A stretch of 47,180 bases of DNA from Actinomycetota bacterium (GCA_021325015.1 JAJPHY010000113.1:1-47180), one strand, 5' to 3'; counted from the stretch's first letter, positions 1 through 9,692 are shown. The notes: generated by a model not told the origin, from the letters alone. Translations and numbers: made by a program.

Positions 1-24
1 CCCCACCCGACGGGAGTCAAACCT

Positions 25-783
25 GTGCTGTCCGAACACGACCTGGCCCGCGCGCTCGAACGGATCGGGGTCTCGGCCCCCGTTCGGTTCGACGAGGTTA
101 CCCGCTCGACGCAGCTCGCGGCGGCCGAGCTCGCCCGGGCCGGGTGTCCGGAATGGACTCTGGTCGCCGCCGGGCACCAGACCGAGGGGCGCGGTCGCCT
201 GGGCAGGCAGTGGCTCGACGTGCCGGGCGAGGCGCTCATGTTCTCGCTGGTGCTCCGGCCCGACCTGCCGCCGTCTCGGGGAGGCCTGCTCACGCTGCTC
301 GCCGGATGGGCCGTGGCCACCGGATGCCAGAAGGCCGCCGGGGTCCGCGCGACGTGCCGGTGGCCGAACGACGTGCTGGTCGCCGGCGCGAAGGTGGCCG
401 GCGTGCTGGCCGAGTCCGTCGTGGAGGAGGCCCGCCTGTCGCACGTGGTGCTCGGGGTCGGCGTGAACCTGGGGGCCGCGCCGTCGGGCGTGCCCGGCGC
501 CGGCGCGCTCGGGCGGGTCGAGCCGGGGGAGCTCCTCGCGGGGATCCTGGAGGCCTTCGCGTCGCGCTACGCGCCGGCCGACCCCGAGTTCGGCGAGCGC
601 GTGCTGCGGGCGTACCGGGACCTCTGCGCGACGCTCGGCCGGCGCGTGCGGGCGACGACGACCGGCGGCGCGCTCGTGGAGGGCACGGCGGTGGGCCTCG
701 ACGGCGAGGGCGGGCTCGTGGTGGAGACCCCGGGCGGCCGCGAGACCGTGCGGTTCGGCGAGATCGAGCACCTGCGGGGCTAG
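25..783 (+). CDS. birA: Biotin-[acetyl-CoA-carboxylase] ligase (no N-terminal HTH)
   Basis: Motifs QTEGRGRLGRQW, RWPNDV, KVAGVL, LGVGVN; C-terminal SH3-like region; GGGAG RBS at 12-16. Confidence 0.93.
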   Translation: MLSEHDLARALERIGVSAPVRFDEVTRSTQLAAAELARAGCPEWTLVAAGHQTEGRGRLGRQWLDVPGEALMFSLVLRPDLPPSRGGLLTLLAGWAVATGCQKAAGVRATCRWPNDVLVAGAKVAGVLAESVVEEARLSHVVLGVGVNLGAAPSGVPGAGALGRVEPGELLAGILEAFASRYAPADPEFGERVLRAYRDLCATLGRRVRATTTGGALVEGTAVGLDGEGGLVVETPGGRETVRFGEIEHLRG

Positions 784-818
784 TTGCCCCGGCCCCGGCC
801 CGGCGGTAGCGTCCGGGC

Positions 819-1451
819 GTGGCGTTTCCCAGGCGACTGCTCGTCGACGGCGAGGAGCTGGTTCTCGACCTGCGGCCGCATCCGATCGCCCTCGCGCGCG
901 CCGCGATCGTGACGGCCTTGGTCGTGGCCGGCTGGGTCCTCGCGTTCCTGAACCTCCCGAGCGGCGGCGCCCACGACGTCCTGTTCTGGCTCACCTGGGG
1001 CGTCGGGATCGCCGTGCTCGTGTGGTGGCCGGTTCGCGACCTCGTGCGGTTCCTCACCTCGCACTTCGTCGTGACCTCGGACCGGATCATCCACCGGCAG
1101 GGGTGGATCGCGAAGGACTCGATGGAGATCCCGCTCGAGGCGATCAACGACGTGCGGTTCCACCAGGGGGTGTTCGAGCGGATCATCGGCGCCGGCGACC
1201 TCATCATCGAGTCCGCCGGCGAGCGGGGGAGCGAGACGTTCCAGGACATCCGCAGGCCCGAGTCGGTCCAGAAGACCATCTACCACCAGGGCGAGCTCAA
1301 CCAGCAGAAGATGATGCGGGGAGCGGGCTCGGGGTCCCCGGCGGCCCCGTCCACCGCAGGCGAGCTCGAGCGCCTGGCCTCTCTCCGCGACCGCGGCGTG
1401 CTCACGGAGGAGGAGTTCCAGGCGCAGAAGCGCCGGATCCTCGGCGGGTAG
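819..1451 (+). CDS. Membrane protein with bacterial PH (bPH_2) domain and C-terminal SHOCT domain
   Basis: Two TM helices, FVVTSDRIIHRQG...IPLEAINDV...GAGDLIIESAG, C-terminal ELERLASLRDRGVLTEEEFQAQKRRIL; TAGCGT-6nt-GTG leaderless start. Confidence 0.85.
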   Translation: MAFPRRLLVDGEELVLDLRPHPIALARAAIVTALVVAGWVLAFLNLPSGGAHDVLFWLTWGVGIAVLVWWPVRDLVRFLTSHFVVTSDRIIHRQGWIAKDSMEIPLEAINDVRFHQGVFERIIGAGDLIIESAGERGSETFQDIRRPESVQKTIYHQGELNQQKMMRGAGSGSPAAPSTAGELERLASLRDRGVLTEEEFQAQKRRILGG

Positions 1452-1566
1452 CCCGGTTCGACGCCGGCGCTCGTCCCACCGGGCTCGTCGGGGGACAACG
1501 AGTCCATAACAGACGAGGTGTCCGGCCGGCCCGTCACGTCCGCGCCGTTCCTGATAGAACAGGCCC

Positions 1567-2733
1567 ATGGAGCCGCGAGTCGCCATCGTCGGCGTCGGGC
1601 ACGCGGGGTTCGCGCCCATCACCGCGGGACTCTCCTACAAGGAGCTGATGTTCCAGGCGGCCGAGCGTGCCTACGACGACGCGGGGGTGGACGTGCGCGC
1701 GGACGTGGACTCGTTCGTCTGTTGCTCCGAGGACTTCCTGGAGGGCACGAGCATCTTCGACGAGTACGTGCCGGACCAGCTGGGCGCGGTGCACCGGCCC
1801 GTCCAGACGGTCGCCGGCGACGGGTTGTTCGGGATCGTCACCGGCACGATGCTGATCCGCTCCGGCGTCGCGAACGTCGTCGTGGTGGAGGCGCACAGCA
1901 AGGTCTCGGACGTGCTGACGCTGGGAAGCATCGAGCACTTCGCGCTCGACCCGGTGTGGAACCGTCCGCTCGTGCCGAGCGTGCTCGCCGTGGCCGGACT
2001 CGACATGAACGCGTTCCTCGAGCGGACCGGCCTGACCGAGGAGCACTGCGCGCTGGTGGCCGCGAAGAACCGGTGCAACGCGCTCGACAACCCGCGGGCG
2101 GCGTACCCCGCCGACCTGTCGGGGGACGACGTGGACGACTCGGCGCCGCTTTGGTGGCCGCTGCGCGAGCTCGAGGTCGCGGGGCGCGCCGACGGATGCG
2201 TGGTGGTGGTGCTCGCCGCGGAGGACCGGGTCCGGGACCTTACGGAGGCGCCGGTCTGGCTGCTCGGCGCGGGCTGGTCGAGCGGGAGCCCGACGCTCGA
2301 GAGCAGGACCTGGGGGGAGGCCGACTTCGTCCGCCGGGCCGCCCAGCGCGCGTACGCGATGGCCGGCATCCGGGATCCCGCCGAGGAGATCGACCTGGCC
2401 GAGGTCGACGACACCTACGCCTACAAGGAGCTCCAGCACGTCGAGGCGCTGGGGCTCGCCGAGCCCGCCGATCTGGGCGACCTCGTGCAGGAGGGCGACC
2501 TCGAGCCCGAGGGCGAGCTCCCGGTGAACGTCTCGGGGGGCGCGCTCGCGCAGGGCAACCTGTTCGAGGCGAACGGCCTGGCGCGGGTGCTCGAGTGCGT
2601 CGAGCAGCTGCGGGGGGAGGCGGGCGAGCGGCAGGTCGAGGACGTCCAGGTGGCGGTCGCGCAGTCCTGGCCCGGCGTGCCGTCGACCTCCGCCGCCGTC
2701 GTGGTGCTCGGACGCGACGAGGGGCCGTCGTGA
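1567..2733 (+). CDS. Thiolase-fold (SCP2/archaeal-type) protein, subunit A, non-canonical active site
   Basis: VAIVGVG, VVVVEAHSK, AAKNRCNA, ADGCVVVVL, PVNVSGG, ARVLECVEQLRGEAGERQV; lacks CASG and GHP motifs. Confidence 0.85.
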   Translation: MEPRVAIVGVGHAGFAPITAGLSYKELMFQAAERAYDDAGVDVRADVDSFVCCSEDFLEGTSIFDEYVPDQLGAVHRPVQTVAGDGLFGIVTGTMLIRSGVANVVVVEAHSKVSDVLTLGSIEHFALDPVWNRPLVPSVLAVAGLDMNAFLERTGLTEEHCALVAAKNRCNALDNPRAAYPADLSGDDVDDSAPLWWPLRELEVAGRADGCVVVVLAAEDRVRDLTEAPVWLLGAGWSSGSPTLESRTWGEADFVRRAAQRAYAMAGIRDPAEEIDLAEVDDTYAYKELQHVEALGLAEPADLGDLVQEGDLEPEGELPVNVSGGALAQGNLFEANGLARVLECVEQLRGEAGERQVEDVQVAVAQSWPGVPSTSAAVVVLGRDEGPS

Positions 2734-3095
2734 GCGGCCGACGGATCGACCACGTGTGGTTCTGGGTCGCCGACCTGGAGCGCGCGGTGGCCTTCTACCG
2801 GGACGTGCTCGGGCTGAAGCTGCTGTTCCGCACCGGCGACGAGTGGGCCGAGTTCGAAGCCGGAGCCGCCAAGCTGGGCCTGCACGGCCCGGGGAGCGGC
2901 CGGCGCCGCTCGCCGGGGGGAACGGTCGTGTTCCGGGTCGACGACCTCGACGCGGTCCGCCGGGACCTCGAGACCCGAGGCGTCCGGTTCGAGGATTCGG
3001 AGGGCGAGGCGCAGGGGTACGCGCGGTTCGTGCACTTCGCGGATCCCGACGGCAACACCCTCGGCATCATCGAGTACGCGAGGGCCCCCCGGTGA
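2730..3095 (+). CDS. VOC (glyoxalase/bleomycin resistance) family protein
   Basis: GTG start overlaps upstream TGA; IDHVWFWVADLERAVAFYRDVLG...VVFRVDDLD...FADPDGNTLGIIE. Confidence 0.88.
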   Translation: MSGRRIDHVWFWVADLERAVAFYRDVLGLKLLFRTGDEWAEFEAGAAKLGLHGPGSGRRRSPGGTVVFRVDDLDAVRRDLETRGVRFEDSEGEAQGYARFVHFADPDGNTLGIIEYARAPR

Positions 3096-4807
3096 GCGCC
3101 CGGAGGGTCGCGGCCGTGGGCGCCGGCATGACCAGGTTCATGCGGCGGGCGCAGGAGACCGGCAAGGAGCTCGCGTGGGAGGCCTCGCGCGCGGCGCTCG
3201 AGTCCTGCGAGCTCACGCTGGACGCCGTCGACGCCGTGTGCCTCACGAGCGCGCCCGACGCGTTCGACGGCGTGCACATGAAGGGCGAGTACCTCTCCGA
3301 CGGCGCGGGCGCGTTCGGGCGGCCGTTCATTCGCACCTACGTCGGGGGCGGCAGCGGCGTGTTCACGGCGATCCAGGGCTGGTACACGGTCGCGAGCGGG
3401 ATGGCCGACGTGGTGCTGGTCGTCGCCGAGGAGAAGATGTCGTCGACGCAGCCGCACCCGCAGGCGGCGTTCCTCACGATCTTCGACAACGTGCTGGAGC
3501 GGCCGCTCGGGCCGAACCTGCTGTGGATCTTCGCGCTCGAGATGAACCGCTACATGTCCGCGTACGGGCTCGACAAGCGCGACATCGCCGCCGTCGCCGT
3601 GAAGAACAAGCGCAACGCCGCCGACCACCCTGCGGCGCTCCTCGGCCGGTCGGACATCACGGTGGAGGACGTGCTCGCCTCCGAGACGCTCGCCTGGCCG
3701 GTCCAGCGCCTGGACGTCTCGCCGGTCTCCGACGGGGCCGTCGCCCTCGTGCTCGCCTCCGAGGAGGCCGCCGAGCGCATCACCGACCGGCCCGTCTGGA
3801 TCCAGGGGGTGGGGTGGAACCTCGACACCGCCTACTGGACCAACCGCGACCTCGTGTTCCCCGAGTACGTCCGCAACGCGGCCCGCGCGGCGTACGCGAT
3901 GGCCGGCGTGACCGAGCCCCGCAAGCAGATCCACATCGCCGAGCCGTACGACCCCTTCGACTACAAGGAGCTGCACCACCTGGAGGGGCTGATGCTGTTC
4001 GATCCGGGCACGGCCCCGGAGGCGGCGCGCGACGGCGTGCTGAACCGCGACGGCGACCTGCCCTCGTGCCCCTCCGGCGGGCTCCTCGGGGTCGGGAACC
4101 CGATCGCGGCCGCCGGGCTGATGAAGGTCGCCGAGCTGTTCTGGCAGCTCCGCGGCGAGGCCGGCGCGCGGCAGGTCCCCGGCTCGCCGGAGCGGGGCGT
4201 CGCACAGGCCTGGGGCGACCTGATGCAGGTCGGCACGGTCGTCGTGCTCGGCAACGAGGGCGGGCCACCGACGACGGCCACGCGACTGCCCGACTCGCCG
4301 ACCCCTCCCGCCTCCACGCCCGGGCACCCGCTCACCGAGGCCGAGTTCCGCGGGGCGACCGGCGCGGTCGAGGACGCGGTCGACGCGCGGTACGCGTGGG
4401 ACGCCGGGGTGGCGATCTCGCGATTCCTGGGCGGGCTTCGGGAGGGCAGGATCCTCGGGCGCGAGTGCCGGGGATGCGAGCGGGTGCTCGTGCCGCCCAG
4501 GATGTTCTGCGAGCGCTGCTTCCGCGGCACCGACGCGTGGGTCGAGGTCGAGCCGACCGGCGTCGTGCAGACGTTTTCGATCTGTCACGTGAGCTGGGAC
4601 ATGAAGCCGCTCGAGACGCCCGAGATCCCCGCGGTGATCGCGATCGACGGCTCGAGCGGCGGGTTCCTGCACGTGCTGGGCGAGGTCGACCCGCAGGAGG
4701 TGCGGGTCGGGATGGCGGTCGAGGCCGTGTGGAAGCCCGTCGCCGAACGAACGGGCTCGATCCTGGATATCGCGTACTTCCGGCCGGTTCGAGGGGGCGC
4801 GCCGTGA
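3092..4807 (+). CDS. Thiolase-fold protein subunit B fused to a Zn-ribbon/OB-fold (DUF35) domain
   Basis: GTG at 3092 in frame with ORF 2756-4807; thiolase fold to QVGTVVVLG, Pro-rich linker, then CRGC...FCERC and OB fold. Confidence 0.85.
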   Translation: MSARRVAAVGAGMTRFMRRAQETGKELAWEASRAALESCELTLDAVDAVCLTSAPDAFDGVHMKGEYLSDGAGAFGRPFIRTYVGGGSGVFTAIQGWYTVASGMADVVLVVAEEKMSSTQPHPQAAFLTIFDNVLERPLGPNLLWIFALEMNRYMSAYGLDKRDIAAVAVKNKRNAADHPAALLGRSDITVEDVLASETLAWPVQRLDVSPVSDGAVALVLASEEAAERITDRPVWIQGVGWNLDTAYWTNRDLVFPEYVRNAARAAYAMAGVTEPRKQIHIAEPYDPFDYKELHHLEGLMLFDPGTAPEAARDGVLNRDGDLPSCPSGGLLGVGNPIAAAGLMKVAELFWQLRGEAGARQVPGSPERGVAQAWGDLMQVGTVVVLGNEGGPPTTATRLPDSPTPPASTPGHPLTEAEFRGATGAVEDAVDARYAWDAGVAISRFLGGLREGRILGRECRGCERVLVPPRMFCERCFRGTDAWVEVEPTGVVQTFSICHVSWDMKPLETPEIPAVIAIDGSSGGFLHVLGEVDPQEVRVGMAVEAVWKPVAERTGSILDIAYFRPVRGGAP

Positions 4808-5277
4808 TCGAGCGGATCGCTCGGCCGGACGAGGTCCGGCGGTGGCCGGGCTCGATCCCCGTGTCCCACCGCTACACCCCGGGCGTCGCGGGCCAGGCGT
4901 TTCTCGAGACCCTCCGGGACCGCGGCGTGATCCTCGGCTCTCGCTGCGACCGGTGCCGCTACACCTACGTGCCCGCGCGCCTGTTCTGCGAGCGCTGCTT
5001 TGCGGAGCTCGCGGCCGACGTCGAGGTCGGTCCGGCCGGGGTGCTGCGCTCGTTCGCGATCGGGTTCGTCGGGGTGGAGGGGGAGCCGCTCGAGTCGCCG
5101 CTGACCCTGGGGCTCGTCCAGCTCGACGGCGCCGACGCCTGCCTCCTGCACCTGGTGCTCGACCACTCGGATGAGCCGCTGGAGATCGGTCGGCGCGTCG
5201 AGGTCGTCGTCAAGCCGGCCGGGGAGCGAACCGGCTCGATCCTGGACATCGAGGGCTTCCGCCCGGTCGAGGGCTGA
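4804..5277 (+). CDS. Zn-ribbon/OB-fold (DUF35) protein
   Basis: GTGA overlap; CDRC...FCERC; ends ERTGSILDI like the fused DUF35 upstream. Confidence 0.88.
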   Translation: MIERIARPDEVRRWPGSIPVSHRYTPGVAGQAFLETLRDRGVILGSRCDRCRYTYVPARLFCERCFAELAADVEVGPAGVLRSFAIGFVGVEGEPLESPLTLGLVQLDGADACLLHLVLDHSDEPLEIGRRVEVVVKPAGERTGSILDIEGFRPVEG

Positions 5278-5297
5278 GCGCCGGGGGTCGTCCGGAC

Positions 5298-5341
5298 GAC
5301 GCCCGGACGCGGGACGAGCGACGCCTGGACGCGGGACGAGC
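5298..5341. repeat. 22-bp tandem duplication (2 copies, 21/22 identical)
   Basis: GACGCCCGGACGCGGGACGAGC at 5298-5319 and GACGCCTGGACGCGGGACGAGC at 5320-5341. Confidence 0.85.
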
Positions 5342-5370
5342 GCGTCGGCCGCCCCGCGTATCCTGGCGCG

Positions 5371-8300
5371 GTGAACCACCTGCGATGCGAACGGTGCGGC
5401 GAGCCGCTTCCCGAGCGGGCTCGCTTCTGCCCGAGCTGCGGGTTCCCGGCGGTCGCCGCCGCTGCGGCCGAGGAGCGCAAGGTCATCACGGTCGTCTTCG
5501 TCGATCTGGTGGGCTCGACGCGCCTGTCCGCGCTCGTCGATCCCGAGCGGTATCGCGAGATGCTGGCCGCCTACTACCGGATGGTGGCGGACGAGCTCGA
5601 ATCGCTTCGCGGCCGGGTGGTCAACGTCGCCGGGGACGCCGTCGTGGGCGTCTTCGGCCTTCCACAGGCGCACGACGACGACGCGCTGCGGGCGATCCGG
5701 GCGGGGCTGTCCATCGCCGCGAGGATCGAGGACCTCGGACGGACGCTGAGCCTTCCGGTTCCATTGCACGGCAGGGTCGCGGTCAACACCGGCTCGGTCG
5801 CGATCGGCGCGGAGGCCCCGGAGGCGGGGCTGCTCTCCGGCGCCGTCGTGAACGCGGCGGCCAGACTCCAGCAAGCCGCGGCGCCCGGCACGGTGATGGC
5901 CGGCGAGACCACGTGGTTGCTGACGCGCGACGCCGTGGAGTACGGCGAGCGCGTCGAGGTCGAGGCCAAGGGCTTCGAGGACGCCCTGCCCGGCCACCCG
6001 GTGGTGGCGCTCGCGCCGGGGTTCTCGCGGCGGACGATCCCGCTCGTCGACCGGCGCCGCGAGCTGCGGCTGCTCGCCGACACCTTCGAGCGGGCCGTCG
6101 AGACCCGCCGCGGCCACATGGTCACGCTCCTCGGCGAGCCGGGCATCGGCAAGAGCCGGCTCGCGCAGGAGTTCCTCGCGAACCTGCCTGAAGGGGCCAG
6201 GGCCCTCACCGGCCGGGCGAGCCCGTTCGAGGAGGACGTCACGTTCGCGCCGGTCGCCCAGATCCTCCTGCAGCAGATGGGCGAGCGCCCCGATGCCCCG
6301 CCCGAGCGCCTCCAGGCCCGCCTGGAGGAGCTCGTGATGTCGTGCTGCCCTCCCGGCGATGCCGAATCGACGGTGCTGCGGCTCGGCTACGCCCTCGGCC
6401 TCGGTGAGGATGCGCGGGGCGAGGGGCGTGGCGAGCGACGCTACCGGGTCGCCGAGATCCGGGCCGGCCTGGTCCCGTTCCTGCGGGGGCTCGCGAGCCA
6501 GGGGCCGGTCGTGCTCGTGTTCGAGGACGTCCACCTGGCCGAGCCGCCGCTCCTCGATCTCGTCGAGCAGCTCGTCCGAGAATCCAAGGGCGTGCCGCTG
6601 CTCGTGCTCTGCGTCGCGCGCTACGACCTGCTCGACGAGCGGCCCGACTGGGGCGGCGGGCTCGGCGACTCGCTCACCCTGCATCTCGAGCCGCTGTCGC
6701 TCGAGGACGCGACGGAGCTCGCCCTGCGGGCGGGGGAGGCGCTCGACCGCCGCGCGGCCGAGCGGATCGCCGAGCATGCGGGCGGCAACCCGTTCTTCAT
6801 CGTCGAGACCACCGGCATGCTGGTGCACCACTCGGCCGACCGCGCGATCGATCCCTCCGGGGGGCCGCAGGGCCTGCTCCCCCCGACTGTCCAGGCGGTC
6901 ATCGCATCCCGGATCGACCACCTGCCGGCGGAGGCGCGCGACCTCATCCGCAAGGCCTCGGTCTTCGCGCGCTCGGAGTTCGACGTGTCCGAGCTCGGTC
7001 TGATCGCCGACCCGCAGGAGAAGGTGCTCGCGCTGCTGGAGGACGAGGAGCTGCTGATCCGCCACCGGGATCGCCCCGGTGTGTGGCGGTTCCGGCACGG
7101 CCTGGTGCGCGACGTCGCCTACGAGAGCCTTCCCAAGCGCGAGCGCCGACGCCTGCACCTGCAGGTGGCCGAACGGCTCTCCGAGGACCCCGAGACCTCG
7201 GCCCGCTATCCGCGGTCGATCGCCTACCACCTGGAGCAGGCCGCGAGGGCGGCGCTCGACCTGGATCCGAACGACCGCGCGCTCGCCCGCCGCGCGTTCG
7301 AGTCGCTCGCGCACGCCGGGGACCTCGCGATGGAGGGCTCCGAGGCGCGGACGGCGGCCGACCTGTACGAGCGGGCGCTCGCCATGGCCGGTCACCGGCG
7401 CACGTGGGGGCTCTCTGAGGCGATCGTCCTGTCCAACCTCGGGGAGGCCCGGTACTGGCTCGGCGAGTTCGAGCAGGCGGTCAAGCCCCTGGCCCAGGCG
7501 CTCGAGATCGGGGGCGACGATCCGCGCGTTCGAGCGCACGCGTCCAGGTTCCTGGGCGACATCGAGCTGTCGATCAACGGCAACCCCGATCGGGCATCCG
7601 AGCTGTTCGAGCGGGCCCTCGCGGCGGCCCGCGAGCTCGGCGACCCGTGGATCCTCGCCCGCACGCTGCTCCAGGCGGGCTGGGCCCCCTACTGGCGCAA
7701 CGACCTGGCGACCGCCCGGGCGATGTTCCAGGAGGCGCTCGAGGTTGCGCGCACCAACCCCGCAGGCGATCGGTGGGCGGAGGCGCGCGCGCTCGTCATG
7801 CTCGCCGCCGTCGCCCAGGAAAGCGAGGACGAGGAGGCCGCGTTCGCGCTCGCCTCGGAGTCGCTCGCCGTGGCCGAGGCGGCCGGCGACCGGTTCGCGA
7901 TCGCCGTGGCGCGGGAGGCGGTCGGGAGCGCGCTCCGCAGGCTCGGCCGCCTGGAGGAAGCCGAGCCCCACCTCGACGCGGCCGTGGAGGCGTTCCGCGA
8001 CCTCGGAGCCCGGTGGGAGCTCGCGAGCGCGCTCACGTCGCGGGGCATCGCGCACCGCCTCGGGGGCCGGATCGAGCCGGCGGTCAGGGACCTGCGCGAG
8101 GCGTTCCGGCTCTGCCGCGAGCTGAAGGAGCGGAGCATCGTGACGTGGTCGGCGGGGGCGCTCGCCGCGGCGCTGGTCGACGCCGGGGACCCGAAGGCGG
8201 CGCGCCAGGTCGTCGAGGAGGCGGCCGACGTCGCGAGCCTCGACGGGCCGGCCTGGCGCGACTGGCTCCTCGGCGCCGAGAGCAGGATCCTGCTGGCCGA

Positions 8301-8520
8301 GGGCGACCTCGAGGGCGCGCGCGAGCGCGCGGTCGAGCTGCTCGCCGGCGTGCGCGAGCACGGCTTCGCCAAGGAGGTGGCCGCCCGCGTGTGGTGGGTG
8401 GGTCGGCTGTTCGGCGCCGACGCGGTCGGCGGTGAACGGGAGCTCGAGCGTGCGCGCACCACGCTCGAGTCCCTTCACTGGGAGCAGGCGCTCCGCGAAC
8501 CGGATCTGGTCCAAAGGTGA
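5371..8520 (+). CDS. Zn-ribbon + class III cyclase-like + AAA/STAND ATPase + TPR protein
   Basis: CERC...CPSC; VFVDLVGST, GDAVVGVFG, VNAAARLQ; Walker A GEPGIGKS, Walker B VLVFEDVH; GGNPFF; TPR-like C-terminus; TATCCT-6nt-GTG. Confidence 0.88.
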   Translation: MNHLRCERCGEPLPERARFCPSCGFPAVAAAAAEERKVITVVFVDLVGSTRLSALVDPERYREMLAAYYRMVADELESLRGRVVNVAGDAVVGVFGLPQAHDDDALRAIRAGLSIAARIEDLGRTLSLPVPLHGRVAVNTGSVAIGAEAPEAGLLSGAVVNAAARLQQAAAPGTVMAGETTWLLTRDAVEYGERVEVEAKGFEDALPGHPVVALAPGFSRRTIPLVDRRRELRLLADTFERAVETRRGHMVTLLGEPGIGKSRLAQEFLANLPEGARALTGRASPFEEDVTFAPVAQILLQQMGERPDAPPERLQARLEELVMSCCPPGDAESTVLRLGYALGLGEDARGEGRGERRYRVAEIRAGLVPFLRGLASQGPVVLVFEDVHLAEPPLLDLVEQLVRESKGVPLLVLCVARYDLLDERPDWGGGLGDSLTLHLEPLSLEDATELALRAGEALDRRAAERIAEHAGGNPFFIVETTGMLVHHSADRAIDPSGGPQGLLPPTVQAVIASRIDHLPAEARDLIRKASVFARSEFDVSELGLIADPQEKVLALLEDEELLIRHRDRPGVWRFRHGLVRDVAYESLPKRERRRLHLQVAERLSEDPETSARYPRSIAYHLEQAARAALDLDPNDRALARRAFESLAHAGDLAMEGSEARTAADLYERALAMAGHRRTWGLSEAIVLSNLGEARYWLGEFEQAVKPLAQALEIGGDDPRVRAHASRFLGDIELSINGNPDRASELFERALAAARELGDPWILARTLLQAGWAPYWRNDLATARAMFQEALEVARTNPAGDRWAEARALVMLAAVAQESEDEEAAFALASESLAVAEAAGDRFAIAVAREAVGSALRRLGRLEEAEPHLDAAVEAFRDLGARWELASALTSRGIAHRLGGRIEPAVRDLREAFRLCRELKERSIVTWSAGALAAALVDAGDPKAARQVVEEAADVASLDGPAWRDWLLGAESRILLAEGDLEGARERAVELLAGVREHGFAKEVAARVWWVGRLFGADAVGGERELERARTTLESLHWEQALREPDLVQR

Positions 8521-8524
8521 GCCG

Positions 8525-9673
8525 GTGGACTTCGAGCTGACCGAGGAGCAGGAAGAGTTCCGCCAGGCCGTGCGGGAGTTCGCGCGGGACGAGATCGCCC
8601 CCCGCGCCAAGGAGCTCGACGAGCAGGAGCGCTTCCCGCTCGAGATCGTCCGCCGGATGGGCGAGCTCGGTCTGTTCGGGCTCCCGTTCCCCGAGCGCTA
8701 CGGCGGGCAGGGCGGCGACTTCGTCACGTTCTGCCTCTGCCTGGAGGAGATCGCGAGCGTGGACTCGTCGGTCGCCATCACGCTCGAGGCGGCGGTGGGG
8801 CTCGGCGCCAACCCGATCTTCCGGTTCGGGACCGAGGAGCAGAAGCGACGGTGGCTCGAGCCGATGGCCCGCGGGGAGATCCTCGGGGCGTTCGCGCTCA
8901 CGGAGGCGGGCGGCGGCTCCGACGTGCGCTCGATGCGCACCACGGCGCGGCTCGAGGGGGGCAAGTGGGTCGTCGACGGCTCGAAGGCGTTCATCACCAA
9001 CTCCGGGACGCCGATCACCGCGGTGTGCGCGGTCGCCGCGATCACGGGCGAGGGCGAGATCTCGGCGATCCTGGTCCCGACCGACACGCCGGGGTTCGCC
9101 GTCGGCCCTCCGTATCGCAAGATCGGATGGCGGGCGAGCGACACCCGCGAGGTCACGTTCTCGGGATGCCGGGTGCCGGAGGCGAACCTGCTCGGCGAGC
9201 GAGGGCGCGGCTACGCCCAGTTCCTCGAGACCCTCGACGACGGGCGGATCGCGATCGCCGCGCTCGCGACCGGGCTCGCGCGGGGCTGTCTCGAGGAGAG
9301 CGTCCGCTACGCGCGCGAGCGCGAGGCGTTCGGCCGACCGATCGGCGCGTACCAGGCGCTCCAGTTCAAGATGGCCGACATCCGGGTCGGCGTGGAGAAC
9401 GCGCGCCTGGCCTACCTGCGCGCCGCGTGGCTGAAGGACCGCGGGCGCCGCTACAAGACCGAGGCCGCGATCGCCAAGCTGTACGCGAGCGAGGTCGCGG
9501 TCGCTGCCGCCCGCGACGCCGTGCAGATCCACGGCGGTTCGGGCTACATCGAGGAATCGTCCGTGGCGCGGTTCTACCGCGACGCGAAGGTGCTCGAGAT
9601 CGGCGAGGGGACCAGCGAGATCCAGCGGATCCTGATCGCCCGGGACCTCGGCCTTCCGGGCACCGAGCTGTAG
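8525..9673 (+). CDS. Acyl-CoA dehydrogenase
   Basis: GTG GAC TTC GAG start; FALTEAGGGSD, GSKAFITN, KIGWRASDT, QIHGGSGY, EIGEGTSEIQR. Confidence 0.93.
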   Translation: MDFELTEEQEEFRQAVREFARDEIAPRAKELDEQERFPLEIVRRMGELGLFGLPFPERYGGQGGDFVTFCLCLEEIASVDSSVAITLEAAVGLGANPIFRFGTEEQKRRWLEPMARGEILGAFALTEAGGGSDVRSMRTTARLEGGKWVVDGSKAFITNSGTPITAVCAVAAITGEGEISAILVPTDTPGFAVGPPYRKIGWRASDTREVTFSGCRVPEANLLGERGRGYAQFLETLDDGRIAIAALATGLARGCLEESVRYAREREAFGRPIGAYQALQFKMADIRVGVENARLAYLRAAWLKDRGRRYKTEAAIAKLYASEVAVAAARDAVQIHGGSGYIEESSVARFYRDAKVLEIGEGTSEIQRILIARDLGLPGTEL

Positions 9674-9677
9674 CGCT

Positions 9678-9692
9678 CGCGGGCAACCCGCG
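9678..9692 (+). terminator. Possible GC hairpin terminator after acyl-CoA dehydrogenase
   Basis: CGCGGG-CAA-CCCGCG starts 5 nt after the TAG; no U-tract. Confidence 0.3.

Noticed and set aside
5343-5364. CGTCGG-N10-TATCCT as a PafBC promoter for the cyclase gene
   Set aside because: 5/6 match, but CGTCGG is very frequent at this GC content and the gene has no known repair link
4585-8610. 1341-aa minus-strand ORF (likewise 21004-23493, 30630-34280 and many other long overlapping ORFs)
   Set aside because: Shadow frames of well-supported genes in very GC-rich DNA; Arg/Pro/Ala-rich with no motifs
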